From Chara braunii (lineage: Eukaryota; Plantae; Charophyceae), in the NCBI GenBank assembly GCA_003427395.1, contig BFEA01000020.1, positions 5,702,665-5,766,664 on the forward strand: DNA of 64,000 nt, given 5' to 3'. The notes beneath the pieces were generated by a model. The model made no database searches, was not told the origin of the DNA, and saw nothing but the letters and a program-made list of their open reading frames with translations. Every line of letters starts with the position of its first letter. Position 1 is the first letter of the stretch. Position numbers and translations under genes: made by a program. Positions 1 through 10,829 of the stretch are shown here, piece by piece.

Positions 1-2
1 TA

Positions 3-170
3 ATCCACCCAGCGCAGACTGGATTCATGCACAACAGGAGCATCCAGGATAATGTGCTATTAGTCAATGAACTAATAAAACTTGCACGACAAACAAAACA
101 AAGCGCTGCAATCGTGTTTATTGATTTTGAGAAAAACGTACGACCATGTGGACTGGAGATTCCTAGATAA
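3..170 (+). pseudogene. LINE reverse transcriptase fragment (frameshifted)
   Basis: Translates as IHPAQTGFMHNRSIQDNVLLVNELIKLARQTKQSAAIVFIDFEK/TYDHVDWRFLD, which matches the RT at 48300-48480 and the L1-clade QxGF..DFEKAYD motifs. Confidence 0.9.
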
Positions 171-1139
171 CAATCCCCTTCTTTTCAAGGCATTCTCACG
201 AAGCCCTGTCCACAATGCATCTGACTGTACCTCTGGCCAGGCGTGAGCTGGTTAGACAAGGCCTCAGTAGCTTGCTATTCATTTTTAATTTTTTTTTTTT
301 TTCCTTTTTTTTTATTTTTTTTTTCCTTAGGGTGTTTTAGAGGCCAAGGACCAGACCCGTGGTGATTCCTTTTTTTTTTTTTTTTTTGTTGTTGTTAGGA
401 GAATTAGTGTCCTATTCCACACTGTTGTCTTTAGCCATTCATCTAATAGACAATCTGTTGTTGTTACAATTGTTTAAACTGAGTCACACTTCTAATAACA
501 TTGAGCTGCTAGTATCTTCTCTCATGATCAGAGACCAGTATTTAGCTGTTAGAAGTACACATCGTCCTCAGTTGCTTGCCTGCTGACAGCCAGCCCNCTT
601 CTCTCATGATCAGAGACCAGTATTTAGCTGTTAGAAGTACACATCGTCCTCAGTTGCTTGCCTGCTGACAGCCAGCCCGAATGATGTCCTGACAGGATAG
701 GCCACCTACCCTACCCATCCCAACGTTAATACTCCCAGCGCACCCCCTGTCACTACTATCCTACCTCAGTGTGACCAGCACTCAGGACCATCGCCCTACC
801 AGTATCGAGGGCAACTTGGAGCAGACAGCAGTGACAAGCACCAAGGCTGGGCCAACCTCCCAGCCCTGATGGAAGCGAAAGCGGATGAACCTTGCCGTAC
901 GGGAACTTCGGACGCCAGGCTCATGCAATCTTCTGCAGGCCCAATTCAGAGAGTCTACCCAGCAGGATTACCTAAGCAAGGCAGGCCAGCGCCCGCGGAC
1001 ACATCCTACCGTCCTTCCCCTAGCTTACCCAAGGCTAGGCGGAACTCAGACTAGCCGGAGCGACTTATATCCCTACCGCTACCCTAGAGCTAAGCCATGC
1101 GTGAGCAGACCCCGTCATATACCTGATATACCCCCCCTG

Positions 1140-1310
1140 CCCAGTATCGAAGTTTTGTGTATGTGTGTATGCCCAGAGGCTATGTATGTTTGTATGAGCC
1201 CATATTAGGGCCATGTGTTTGTGTATCTGCCCGAAGGCTATGTGTGCTCTGTCTAACTGTATAGCGAGATGTATGTGCCCGAAGGCCAGATATGTGCTGT
1301 ACTATGTAGA
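1140..1310. repeat. Degenerate tandem repeats (tgtatgtgcccgaaggc-like), possibly within an LTR remnant
   Basis: Three to four imperfect copies of gccc(ga/ag)aggc among TG/TA-rich spacers. Confidence 0.4.
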
Positions 1311-1459
1311 GGGAACTCTGTGTTCATTTGAAGAGATGACAAGCCAAGCTGGACAAACCCCCCCCCCAAACTCCCAAGCCAGACTACAACCCGTGACTGG
1401 GGAGATCTTCAGAACAACCACGAGCAACAGCCACATGCAACCCACGCAGTATCAAGACC

Positions 1460-1670
1460 CGACATACAACACCATGGACAACCCTTGGGTGGTGCACAGG
1501 TAGTGTCTGCATAAGCTTACCATGCGTCAGCCCAAGGGAATGTGTGTCCAGCTGTGCGTCATTCTAATGCCCTGCCGGTGTCCATGCACAAGGCTGCAAT
1601 TGAGTTTTGAACCCGCAACCTCATACCACAATGCGCATTTCCAACCGGTGCTCTAACCACTGAGCTACAT
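1460..1670 (-). mobile_element. tRNA-derived SINE, copy 1
   Basis: The minus strand begins gtagctcagtggttagagc (A box) ... gggttcaaaactc (B box), followed by a ~140-bp body shared with 3257-3445. Confidence 0.75.
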
Positions 1671-2860
1671 CAACTGGACTCTTTTTTTTCTTTCCTGAGG
1701 AAACAGAATCTCGGTTGTTTATCAGGGGCTCCCGTCGATCAGCTGCGGGTAAGGTAAGGGACGTGAGTGGCATTCAGGAGGTCTCGGGCTCAATCCCCAT
1801 TCGGCTCATGTACCTTCCTGCTCAAGCTTGGCGGCTGCCACCGAGAGAGAGCCCCTTGGTCCCCCCGAGTGGCATTGAGCAGTGACTGCTACTGTTTGTA
1901 GGGGGAGGAGACTGGAGGGGAGGCACAGCGACTGACCCATCGAAGAAGCTCGGTCCTGATGCTACCGGCTGACCCCTGGCCGGTATCGCCCACCTGCAAG
2001 TAGAGTGCAGCCCGCCCATGTTCCGTCGTTGGAGGCTTGAACACGGGCTGACTGCTACGGGGTTCCCACAGTAATACTACAATGCAAAATAAGAAAGACC
2101 GGAAAGGCTGCTATCCTCTCCAGACTCCAGATTAAAAAAAAGACTCGAGGTGGGGAGCACTTGAATGCCTTCGGCGTCTTTCTTTTTTTTTTTTTTCACT
2201 TCTTTTCTTTTTCGTGAGTGAAAACGACGACCTTCTTTGTATTCCCTCTGCTGGTCAGAGGTCCAGCAGAAGGGGTTCAGAGAGGAGGGTACCGGAACCG
2301 CCCTCTTTTTCCCTTGTGCTGGTACCTTTCACTTGCAGGCTCGGCAAAAATTGGCTCGCAGGGCATTTTTAGACTCGGCATCAATAGCTGAGAAANNNNN
2401 NNNNNNNNNNNNNNNNNNNNNNNNNNNNNNNNNNNNNNNNNNNNNNNNNNNNNNNNNNNNNNNNNNNNNNNNNNNNNNNNNNNNNNNNNNNNNNNNNNNN
2501 NNNNNNNNNNNNNNNNNNNNNNNNNNNNNNNNNNNNNNNNNNNNNNNNNNNNNNNNNNNNNNNNNNNNNNNNNNNNNNNNNNNNNNNNNNNNNNNNNNNN
2601 NNNNNNNNNNNNNNNNNNNNNNNNNNNNNNNNNNNNNNNNNNNNNNNNNNNNNNNNNNNNNNNNNNNNNNNNNNNNNNNNNNNNNNNNNNNNNNNNNNNN
2701 NNNNNNNNNNNNNNNNNNNNNNNNNNNNNNNNNNNNNNNNNNNNNNNNNNNNNNNNNNNNNNNNNNNNNNNNNNNNNNNNNNNNNNNNNNNNNNNNNNNN
2801 NNNNNNNNNNNNNNNNNNNNNNNNNNNNNNNNNNNNNNNNNNNNNNNNNNNNNNNNNNNN

Positions 2861-2905
<45 letters not shown>
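2861..2905. repeat. (AG)n microsatellite at gap edge
   Basis: Seen directly. Confidence 0.95.
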
Positions 2906-2906
<1 letters not shown>

Positions 2907-3256
2907 GGTGCATTGCCACGAAGAAGGGGGCAAGAGAGAGAGAGAGTGAGAGAGAGAGAGAGCCGGTGCGTTGCCACGTCGAACGGGCCGGCTCTCTCTC
3001 TCTCTCTCTCCCGCCCTGAGCTGGATCCTCCCAGTCGGTATCAGTAAGGTCTTCAGCCAACAGGGGTGTGAGTGCACGTGTGAGTGGGTTGCGTGTGGTG
3101 TGTGGGAGAGTGTTGGCTTTGGACACTACCATCCAGAANGCTGCCCATCCCCCACTTCATAAGACCTTTGCCAAGCTTACTGTCTAGAACAGAAAGCATG
3201 CTACCCGAATGGCTGCGTCCCCGCGTTTGACGCGGTATAACAGTGAAGTCTAGACC

Positions 3257-3445
3257 AGCATACAACACCTGGTTGGTGCGCAGGCAGTGTCTGTAACAGT
3301 ACCATGCGTCAGCCCAGGGGAGCGTGTCCAGCCGTGTGCCATTCTAACGCCCTGCCGGTGTCCATGCGCAAGGCTGCAGAGTTTGAACCCGCAACCTTAG
3401 ACCAAAACACGCATTTCCAACTGGTGCTCTAACCACTGACCTACT
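3257..3445 (-). mobile_element. tRNA-derived SINE, copy 2
   Basis: Clearly homologous to 1460-1670 (taccatgcgtcagccc...gccctgccggtgtccatgc...gaacccgcaacc...ctctaaccactg). Confidence 0.75.
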
Positions 3446-3519
3446 GCACACAGTTCTAAATGTGCAAGGCATGGTATTCTACTATTCTTATTGTTGCAGA
3501 TTTTTCTCCACCTTTTTGA

Positions 3520-3630
3520 TATGTACTGGAGGCGACACGGGGGGCTTTGTTGTGTGGACCATTTGGAAAGCTCAAAATGAAGTCATTTGGAGTGGGGATA
3601 CAATAACACTTCTGGAACTGCAACTTGTTG
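3520..3630 (+). pseudogene. Possible LINE ORF2 C-terminal fragment
   Basis: VVWTIWKAQNEVIWSG resembles the WxIWxxRNxxxF motif downstream of zf-RVT. Confidence 0.45.
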
Positions 3631-4146
3631 GCAGGGTTCTGCCCCCCCCAACACCCCCCCCGCCCCCCCGCCTTCTTTCCTTCCTTCCTTCTTGGTAGTT
3701 CCTTTTTTTGGGCACTGGCAAAGTTGGTTTTGCTGAGGTCGGGACCGGTCCAGACCACGGGTCTGGACTGGTTTGTTTGTTAGTGAGGTTGGTTTGCCAG
3801 TCTGCAGATGGTCAGTGCACCCCACGCGAGTTCGGTGAGTCAATTCTTTTGCTGAGTGGCGCGGCAACGCTGGTCTTTGGTGAGCTTTTGGCGGTGGAAT
3901 GCTCTGTTGCCCTGGCGATGGGAGAGCAGTGAGGGCATTCATTGGCAGAGAGAGGTTGAAGGATTGACATGTGGCAGGGGTGAGGTGCCTCCCTGGTCAC
4001 ACTGCAGCAAGTTGTCTTTCTTTTTTTTTGTGTGTGTGTTCGATGCAGGTACTTTTGTTTACCTCACTGTTAATGACGTGGTTCTTTCTCCTGTTGCTAC
4101 AATGATGATGGTGACCTCTAATAATTATAAAAGAATAATAATAATG

Positions 4147-4188
4147 AGGGAAAACTAGGCCACATTCAAGGTTTTCAACTTTTCAGCT

Positions 4189-4219
<31 letters not shown>

Positions 4220-4423
4220 TTGAATAAAACAACCCGATCAAGAACTAGTTTTCAACTTTTCAGTTTTAAATGTGTTTCAGTCATGGTTTGGCGGATTTTG
4301 CTCCGAAGTGAGGAAAGCCGTGAATGTATGCAACCCAGCTTTACGGTTGCGTGGGGATGTGTTGTATTTGAGGGATGCCTGAAGTGGATTTAGAACTGAA
4401 AACGTGACTGCACCCTAGTTACC
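4147..4423. mobile_element. MITE with GGGxAACT...AGTTACCCC termini
   Basis: Inverted ends gagggaaaactagg ... cctagttacccc in a taataat context. The agttacccc terminus is the same as in the 5571 and 5938 MITEs. Confidence 0.5.
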
Positions 4424-4460
4424 CCTAATAATAAAAATGATGGTGACATCTACTGTCAGA

Positions 4461-4690
4461 AGCGCAGTCAATCCCCTCAAGAGAGGGCAATCAATGCTGC
4501 TCCTCCCCTCTTGTCAACTCTGGGCTCCTGGTTGAGATGTATGTGGGATGCTGCACCCGCTTTCCAGCTGGTGCTGCTTCCCACCAATAGATCTGGAACC
4601 ATCTTCAAACGAGAGCTTATTATTGGGGGCTGCTCCTATCACCCCAATAATGGGTCTCTCACAGATGTTTCAGAGGGGGAAAAAACAAAG
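4461..4690 (+). mobile_element. 5'-truncated LINE 3' tail (internal-loop motif, stem-loops, A-rich end)
   Basis: cagtcaatcccctcaagagagggcaatcaatgctg, then gggatgctgcacccgctttccagc...cccaccaatagat...gctcctatcacc. Confidence 0.75.
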
Positions 4691-4938
4691 GAAGAAAGAA
4701 ATTTCCGGGGGTTTGGTCAGTGGTGTGGAGAGACCTTCTTTTCCCCATGCAATTCTTCTCCGAATCCTTCAAATTTTAAGGGATGTCCCGAAGGACTGGT
4801 GGGACATTTCTTCTTTTGTTTGAGGACAATGGAGAGCTGAGTGGTATCACCATTGGCAGGTGGAAACCAGATGTCTTTTTTCCGGGGGAGCCCTGTCCCT
4901 CTGGAAGCAGGGGGAAGAGGGGTGGACCCACCGGAATC

Positions 4939-5134
4939 TTAAACCACCCGCACCTTTCCCCACTTGAAAAAGAAATACTGCGGAGGTTAACAACTTAACA
5001 CTGAAGTTCGACGGGGAATCGAAATGGCTGGCGGTGCCAGCCAGCTACATGATCCATGTCGGTTCGTTTTCCTTTGTCGCGCAGCATGAATTCTGGCATA
5101 CGGCCGATATATGGGAAAGGTACTGGTGGGTTTA
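4939..5134. mobile_element. TTAA/TA-flanked MITE
   Basis: Imperfect TIRs ttaaaccacccgcacctttccc ... gggaaaggtactggtgggttta. Confidence 0.7.
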
Positions 5135-5570
5135 GCAACGGTGATATGGTATCAGTGAGCAGTGAGTGGCCTTGAACGCGGCCTGCTCACCCTGCTTCTG
5201 GGTGAACGATGGTGCTTCAGCAGCAGAGAGGCCGCGATAAAAGAGTGAGGGAAGCGCTCAACTGGAGCTGCAGAGCTGGACGATGGAGGGTGTGTCAGCA
5301 GCAGAGTGGCTGGTAGAGGAGGGGAGGCGGAAGCGCCCACTAGGTGCTACTTTAGGAGATTCGGCAGGGTCATTGTGTTTAGTGCAGCAGCTGTCTGGAG
5401 GGTGCAAAGATGTGTGGTTACGGGATGACCTTGGAAAACAGTGGTGTCATTGAGAGATGCTGGGCCCTGTTCCCAGCACGTGCCACTCCCCACGAATAAG
5501 AGTGGAGTCATCATCTACTGGTGTCAATAGAACAGGCATCCCTGTCTCTAGCAGGCGGACCCCAGTCGCG

Positions 5571-5767
5571 AAACTACGTGGGAGTCACAAAAATGAGTTA
5601 TAATTGCACTACGGGCCAAGATACCGGGACAGTTTTGAATTGCCATTCGGGCAATGTATACAACCCAGCTTTCTGGCCAGGTAGGGTGCCCAAACTGCAA
5701 TTGCAGACTGTATCTTGGCCCATACTGCAATTATAACTCGTTTTTGTGACTCTACTGAAGTTACCCC
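5571..5767. mobile_element. Palindromic MITE, copy 1
   Basis: Long imperfect palindrome gggagtcacaaaaatgagttataattgca ... tgcaattataactcgtttttgtgactc, ending agttacccc. Confidence 0.85.
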
Positions 5768-5937
5768 TTCTTTTGTTTTTAAGGACCACTACCTTTCCTA
5801 TGTATCAGCCGCGGGCCTCACAATTCAAATTTCGGAGGTCGGGTGCCGCCAATGAAACTTATCAATGCATTTTTTTATTTTTATTTTTAACAAGAAACAA
5901 CCCGAGTGAGTGCTAGGGGTGCTGATAAGAGCAGACA

Positions 5938-6133
5938 CCACGCGGGAGTCACAAAAATGAGTTATAATTGCAATTGCAGTTCGGGCAATGTATACAATTG
6001 CAATTGCAGTTCGGGCAATGTATACAACCCAGCGTTCTGGCCAGGTAGGGTGCCTGAAGCACAATTGCAAACTGCATATCTTGGCCCGTAGTGCAATTAG
6101 AACTCCTTTTTGTGACTCTACTGAAGTTACCCC
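5938..6133. mobile_element. Palindromic MITE, copy 2 (internal ~30-bp tandem duplication)
   Basis: Homologous to 5571-5767; aattgcaattgcagttcgggcaatgtatac occurs twice. Confidence 0.85.
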
Positions 6134-6731
6134 TTTTATTTTTTATCCAAGAGTTTTTGACAATGGAATACAAATGAAATTATTGACATAGGACCAGAAT
6201 CCTATGATGGCACTGGTGGAACATTAAATTTTCCAGTTGCCACGGAAATGGTGAGAAAATGCTGGCCCACCGACTCGTACGTAAAGGCAAGCGTTTTAGA
6301 AAAGGGTTTTAGGACGACCGCACCTGAAACAGGCTGAGATGGGAGGAAGGGTCGCAGGACCAAGATGGGAAGGTCCGTACCACGCAACTAGGCCTCCAGG
6401 GAAACAACAGTGTACAGCAACAGGAAAGGAAAGGGTTTTAGGATGACCACGGAGGAGAAGGGAAAGGGTTTTAGCCTTTAGGACAACCATGTCTGAACGT
6501 CTGACGCAGGCCGAGAAGGAAGGAAGGGTAGCAGGACCAGGATGGGAGGGTCTGTATCGGCCAGATTGGCCTACAGGGAAGGGCTGCGGATACCTGGAAT
6601 CGGGCTGGACTGAAGGGAAGAGGGGTACAGAGAACAAGAGGGAACAGTTCAAAATTTCCAGGGATACAATGGGAAGGGAAAAACCTGCAGCCGCAAGACA
6701 AAAGGGAGCTCCAAGGCAGGAAAAGTAATAG

Positions 6732-6764
<33 letters not shown>

Positions 6765-7932
6765 NNNNNNNNNNNNNNNNNNNNNNNNNNNNNNNNNNNN
6801 NNNNNNNNNNNNNNNNNNNNNNNNNNNNNNNNNNNNNNNNNNNNNNNNNNNNNNNNNNNNNNNNNNNNNNNNNNNNNNNNNNNNNNNNNNNNNNNNNNNN
6901 NNNNNNNNNNNNNNNNNNNNNNNNNNNNNNNNNNNNNNNNNNNNNNNNNNNNNNNNNNNNNNNNNNNNNNNNNNNNNNNNNNNNNNNNNNNNNNNNNNNN
7001 NNNNNNNNNNNNNNNNNNNNNNNNNNNNNNNNNNNNNNNNNNNNNNNNNNNNNNNNNNNNNNNNNNNNNNNNNNNNNNNNNNNNNNNNNNNNNNNNNNNN
7101 NNNNNNNNNNNNNNNNNNNNNNNNNNNNNNNNNNNNNNNNNNNNNNNNNNNNNNNNNNNNNNNNNNNNNNNNNNNNNNNNNNNNNNNNNNNNNNNNNNNN
7201 NNNNNNNNNNNNNNNNNNNNNNNNNNNNNNNNNNNNNNNNNNNNNNNNNNNNNNNNNNNNNNNNNNNNNNNNNNNNNNNNNNNNNNNNNNNNNNNNNNNN
7301 NNNNNNNNNNNNNNNNNNNNNNNNNNNNNNNNNNNNNNNNNNNNNNNNNNNNNNNNNNNNNNNNNNNNNNNNNNNNNNNNNNNNNNNNNNNNNNNNNNNN
7401 NNNNNNNNNNNNNNNNNNNNNNNNNNNNNNNNNNNNNNNNNNNNNNNNNNNNNNNNNNNNNNNNNNNNNNNNNNNNNNNNNNNNNNNNNNNNNNNNNNNN
7501 NNNNNNNNNNNNNNNNNNNNNNNNNNNNNNNNNNCCCCCCGCTGTTCGCCTCGCACACCTGCCTCAACAGGATAAAACGGTATTAAAACCAGAAATGATG
7601 AGTTTGCTCTCCAGGTGCAGGCCGCCCCACAGCACTCGTCAAAACATCGACCAGTCTGGATGTGAATTTGGTTAGTCGGAGTTTTTCTTTTTTCCCGAAT
7701 TTACGGGGTGACAACCTTTTTTCTTTTTTTTTTGCGTGAACTTGGGCGAGGGGCAGCACTTGAGGAGGTGATCCGAGCAACCTCCTAAAGTGGCCGCCAG
7801 TTGAGGAGTCCATCCATTCGTGGGGAGCTGCACCTGCTGAAAACCGGGTCCAGTGTCCGTCATGATACATGACATAACACTGACAGTTGAATGATCAACA
7901 ACTCAGGCAGTGGGGCCAATTGCATGAATTCT

Positions 7933-7989
7933 CTTCTTCTTCTTCTTCTTCTTCTTCTTCTTCTTCTTCGTCGTCGTCGTCGTCGTCGT
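7933..7989. repeat. Compound (TTC)n(GTC)n microsatellite
   Basis: Seen directly. Confidence 0.95.
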
Positions 7990-8059
7990 ATGGTATGATG
8001 TTATTCCCTTTGAAGTCAGTTTGTTGAGATTTGTCAACTACATTCCCTTCTCTGTCCAC

Positions 8060-8218
8060 TTAAACCACCAGTACTTGGCCCAGCTATCGGCCGTGGAAAA
8101 AAAATAGAGTAGAAATGTTTCTAGTCGGATGAATTTGCGCGCTCCTGTAGTAGCCCGAGCACTTCCTAAAATTGTGGCGTGTTAACGGGCACGACTCTAG
8201 GAAGTACTGGTGGTTTAA
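8060..8218. mobile_element. TTAA/TA-flanked MITE, cleanest copy
   Basis: Perfect inverted ends TTAA-accaccagtactt ... aagtactggtggt-TTAA. Confidence 0.85.
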
Positions 8219-8267
8219 CTTTCCAGTGGCCCAGTTAGCTCCATCCCCACTACCGGTAGGAATGTGG

Positions 8268-8390
8268 TGAACCAACTGGGCTAGCTCAGTTGGTACACCC
8301 CTCAAATGTTGAAATACACAACCGGGTTCGAACTCCACTGGAAGTAAATCAGTGAAAGACTACATTTCTGAATTACCTAGGGCCCTGTCC
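8268..8390 (+). repeat. tRNA-like head (A/B boxes); inverted partner at 10550-10663
   Basis: gctagctcagttggtacaccc...gggttcgaactcc...ttctgaattacctagggc. Confidence 0.6.
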
Positions 8391-8400
8391 ATTCTATGAT

Positions 8401-8555
8401 GATATCTCAAGGCCATCGCCCTTCAAGAAAAGAGGAAGGAACAAGGAAAGGACCGTGGTGAGGTCAGCCATACTATACTTCTCCTCATCCCCTGTACCGA
8501 GGAGACTGTAGCCACCATCAGCATCTGCTCCCATGTACGTGGCGGCCTTGAGATG
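8401..8555. repeat. ~150-bp direct repeat, copy A (copy B at 10384-10535)
   Basis: gatatctcaaggcc...gtagccaccatc...ggcc; roughly 90% identical by eye. Confidence 0.9.
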
Positions 8556-8557
8556 AT

Positions 8558-10383
8558 GATTTTTTTTTTCTTCGAAAAACTTCGTGTGTGGGGAAACCAC
8601 TTAACGAGGTGATAGGAGGAGGCTCGTTAAGTGGGCCCCAGCATTTGAAGGTTGAGCCTCCATCTATCGGTGGCGAGCAGCACCTGCTGGAAATCGGGTC
8701 CAGCGTCCCTACACAATGATATGATGAGTGTCAACTGGAAATCGGGTCCAGCATCCCTATTCACTTTTCTTTTTAATTTTTTTTTTTAGCGTCCCTATTC
8801 AATGATGTGTGGAGATGTCATAAGTGTGCATCCATTACAGTAACTATGTGATTTGTGTTCATTTGGTCTGTTTATGTCATGCAAAGCCAAATCCGTATTC
8901 CACCATATCTGCCACGTTACTCTAAAATAGCAGGGGCATTGATTACTTCCCAGCGGCAGGGAAGGATAGACCTCCTGCCCTCGAAGCCTAACCCTAACGA
9001 GAAGCATTCTCATCAACCACCACAACAAGCAATCATCAAAACACTCCAAGAAACAGATCAGACACACGAAAACCCTAAACAACCTACCTCCCACCTGAGG
9101 GACAGTTAACATCCCTTGTTGATTGAAATCTGGGGCCGGATGACTCCAATCAACAGAGGGGACATCTACTATCCTACTCCCATCTGCTGCCAGACATCGA
9201 GGAGCGATTCAACATTGAAATAGAAGGTGGGGGGGACAATAAAATGTTTTTTCATCTCTAATCCCCTCCTCCCTGTCCTCGTCAGATCCCCACTCCTCTC
9301 CCCCTGCGATGATGTTGTTGTTGTTGCGGCTGTTGTCTCTGTTGTCGTTGTCGCCGCCAGCGGTGCAGGTCGTTGTCGTTGTTGTTGTTACTTTTGTTGT
9401 TGATGTCTCAATCGTCGTTGTCGCCATTGTCAAAAACGCAGCTGCCTGGACCGGTGTCTCCACCGTTGTTGGAAATAACGCCGTCGTGTAGTCTTTGTTG
9501 TTGTTACTGTTGACATCATCTTCGACGATGTTGTTGTTGTTGTTGTTGTTGTTGTTTTTGTTGTTATTGTTGTTGTTGTTGTTGTTGTTGTTGTCCACGC
9601 CGCTGTTGCCATAGTCATCACTACCTGCCCCCGTGTCACTATGGATGATAATGTTGTTGTCGATGTTGTTACAGACCTGCTCCCCTGTCTTGTCACTGTT
9701 AATGATGCTGATGTTGTTGATGTTGTTGCTGACCTGCGCACCAGTCTTTGCCGTTGATATCGTCGATGTTGTCGTGTCTCGTTTACTGCCGCTGTTGTAG
9801 TAGCCATCGGAGAGTGCTCGCCCTTCCCTGAAGAGATCGTAGCATCTGCGTATGATCCTGCGCTCCCGCCCCCAATCGATGATGTCATTAAGAAGAGGAT
9901 CCGCCCCCTCCTCTATCGCCCAGATAATGTCCAGCATCGGCATCTGCTGGGACATATCCTCCAGCCAATCAGCCATCGAAGCCCCGTCCCCACGGACCTC
10001 AGATGGGTGGTTTGCTGGAGATGGCATCACCCGCACAATCTCTTGCAGCTGAAGCCACCCATCCTCCAGATCGGACAACCATGCATCCGCTCGCTGTTGT
10101 TGATCTTCGTTCGACGCCATCATACCTGCCATCTTTCCTGCCGCGCCCCGTTTGTTGCATATCGATTGTCGCCCCGCTTCTTCACACCAAACGTTCTCCT
10201 ACTCTCCCGCCAATAGATTCACATGGAGAATCTGCCACGCCAGCATTGCACATGACGTGCAGCGGGACCTGTAGCCTAGCCAAAAACCACCTGGCACGGT
10301 GACATGGCCAGTCACTCGAAGGGCAGTCGGGCCTTGCCGGTGCGATCGCTCAGAGCATTAGCACTCCCCGCGATGCAGCTGCC
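8558..10383 (-). mobile_element. Putative non-autonomous retroelement: single ORF plus LINE-type 3' tail and oligo(A)
   Basis: Minus-strand order is ORF 10132-9209, internal-loop motif 8978-8930, tail stem-loops 8760-8600, A-run at about 8570-8560. Confidence 0.55.
9209..10132 (-). CDS. Hypothetical protein: Trp/acidic helical domain plus Asn/Thr-rich tail
   Basis: Open 307-aa ATG ORF. The N-terminal ~110 aa align with ORF 31267-31758. Confidence 0.6.
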   Translation of the reverse strand: MAGMMASNEDQQQRADAWLSDLEDGWLQLQEIVRVMPSPANHPSEVRGDGASMADWLEDMSQQMPMLDIIWAIEEGADPLLNDIIDWGRERRIIRRCYDLFREGRALSDGYYNSGSKRDTTTSTISTAKTGAQVSNNINNISIINSDKTGEQVCNNIDNNIIIHSDTGAGSDDYGNSGVDNNNNNNNNNNNKNNNNNNNNNIVEDDVNSNNNKDYTTALFPTTVETPVQAAAFLTMATTTIETSTTKVTTTTTTTCTAGGDNDNRDNSRNNNNIIAGGEEWGSDEDREEGIRDEKTFYCPPHLLFQC

Positions 10384-10535
10384 GATATCTCAAGGCCGTC
10401 GCCCTTAAAGAAAAGAGGAAGGAAAAAGGAAAGGGCCGTGGTGAGGTCAGCCGTACTGTACTTCTCCTCATCCCCTGTACCGAGGAGACTGTAGCCACCA
10501 TCCGCGTCTGCTGCCGTGTAAGTGACGGCCATCAG
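10384..10535. repeat. ~150-bp direct repeat, copy B
   Basis: Matches 8401-8555. Confidence 0.9.
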
Positions 10536-10549
10536 ATATCGTTGGCAAA

Positions 10550-10663
10550 CTGACCTGCCCCAGGTGATTCTGAATTATTGGATTTCAACCATCTAGTTCA
10601 TCTGAATTCGAACCCAGGTCAGCAGTTCATGGGTGTATTGACTGAGCTAGGCTCATTGGTTGA
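10550..10663 (-). repeat. tRNA-like head; inverted partner of 8268-8390
   Basis: Minus strand reads cctagctcagtcaatacaccc...gggttcgaattc...ttcagaatcacctggggc. Confidence 0.6.
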
Positions 10664-10829
10664 GTCAAAGTTTTTGGTGAGTGGTGAGACAAGGCCAGGT
10701 ATTGGTTTGCGGTTTGAGCGAACTTTGGGGTCTTTTTCTTCTTTTTCTTTTTTTCTTGTAAACATCTCGAAAGGAGTCCTTTGTCCTGGGTGTGGAGAGT
10801 GAGCCCTCGGGGGCCTCGCTTGGTGGATG

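Noticed and set aside
516-678. Exact ~80-bp tandem duplication
   Set aside because: The copies are separated by a single N, typical of overlapping contig ends in scaffolding.
1590-1670. Functional tRNA genes (also 8278-8340 and 1745-1810)
   Set aside because: A/B-box-like sequence is present but there is no intact cloverleaf; better explained as SINE heads or decayed copies.
2237-3132. Long ORFs spanning N-gaps or (GA)n/(CT)n tracts (also 6296-7567, 16902-18552, 24906-26094)
   Set aside because: They are open only because of Ns and microsatellites.
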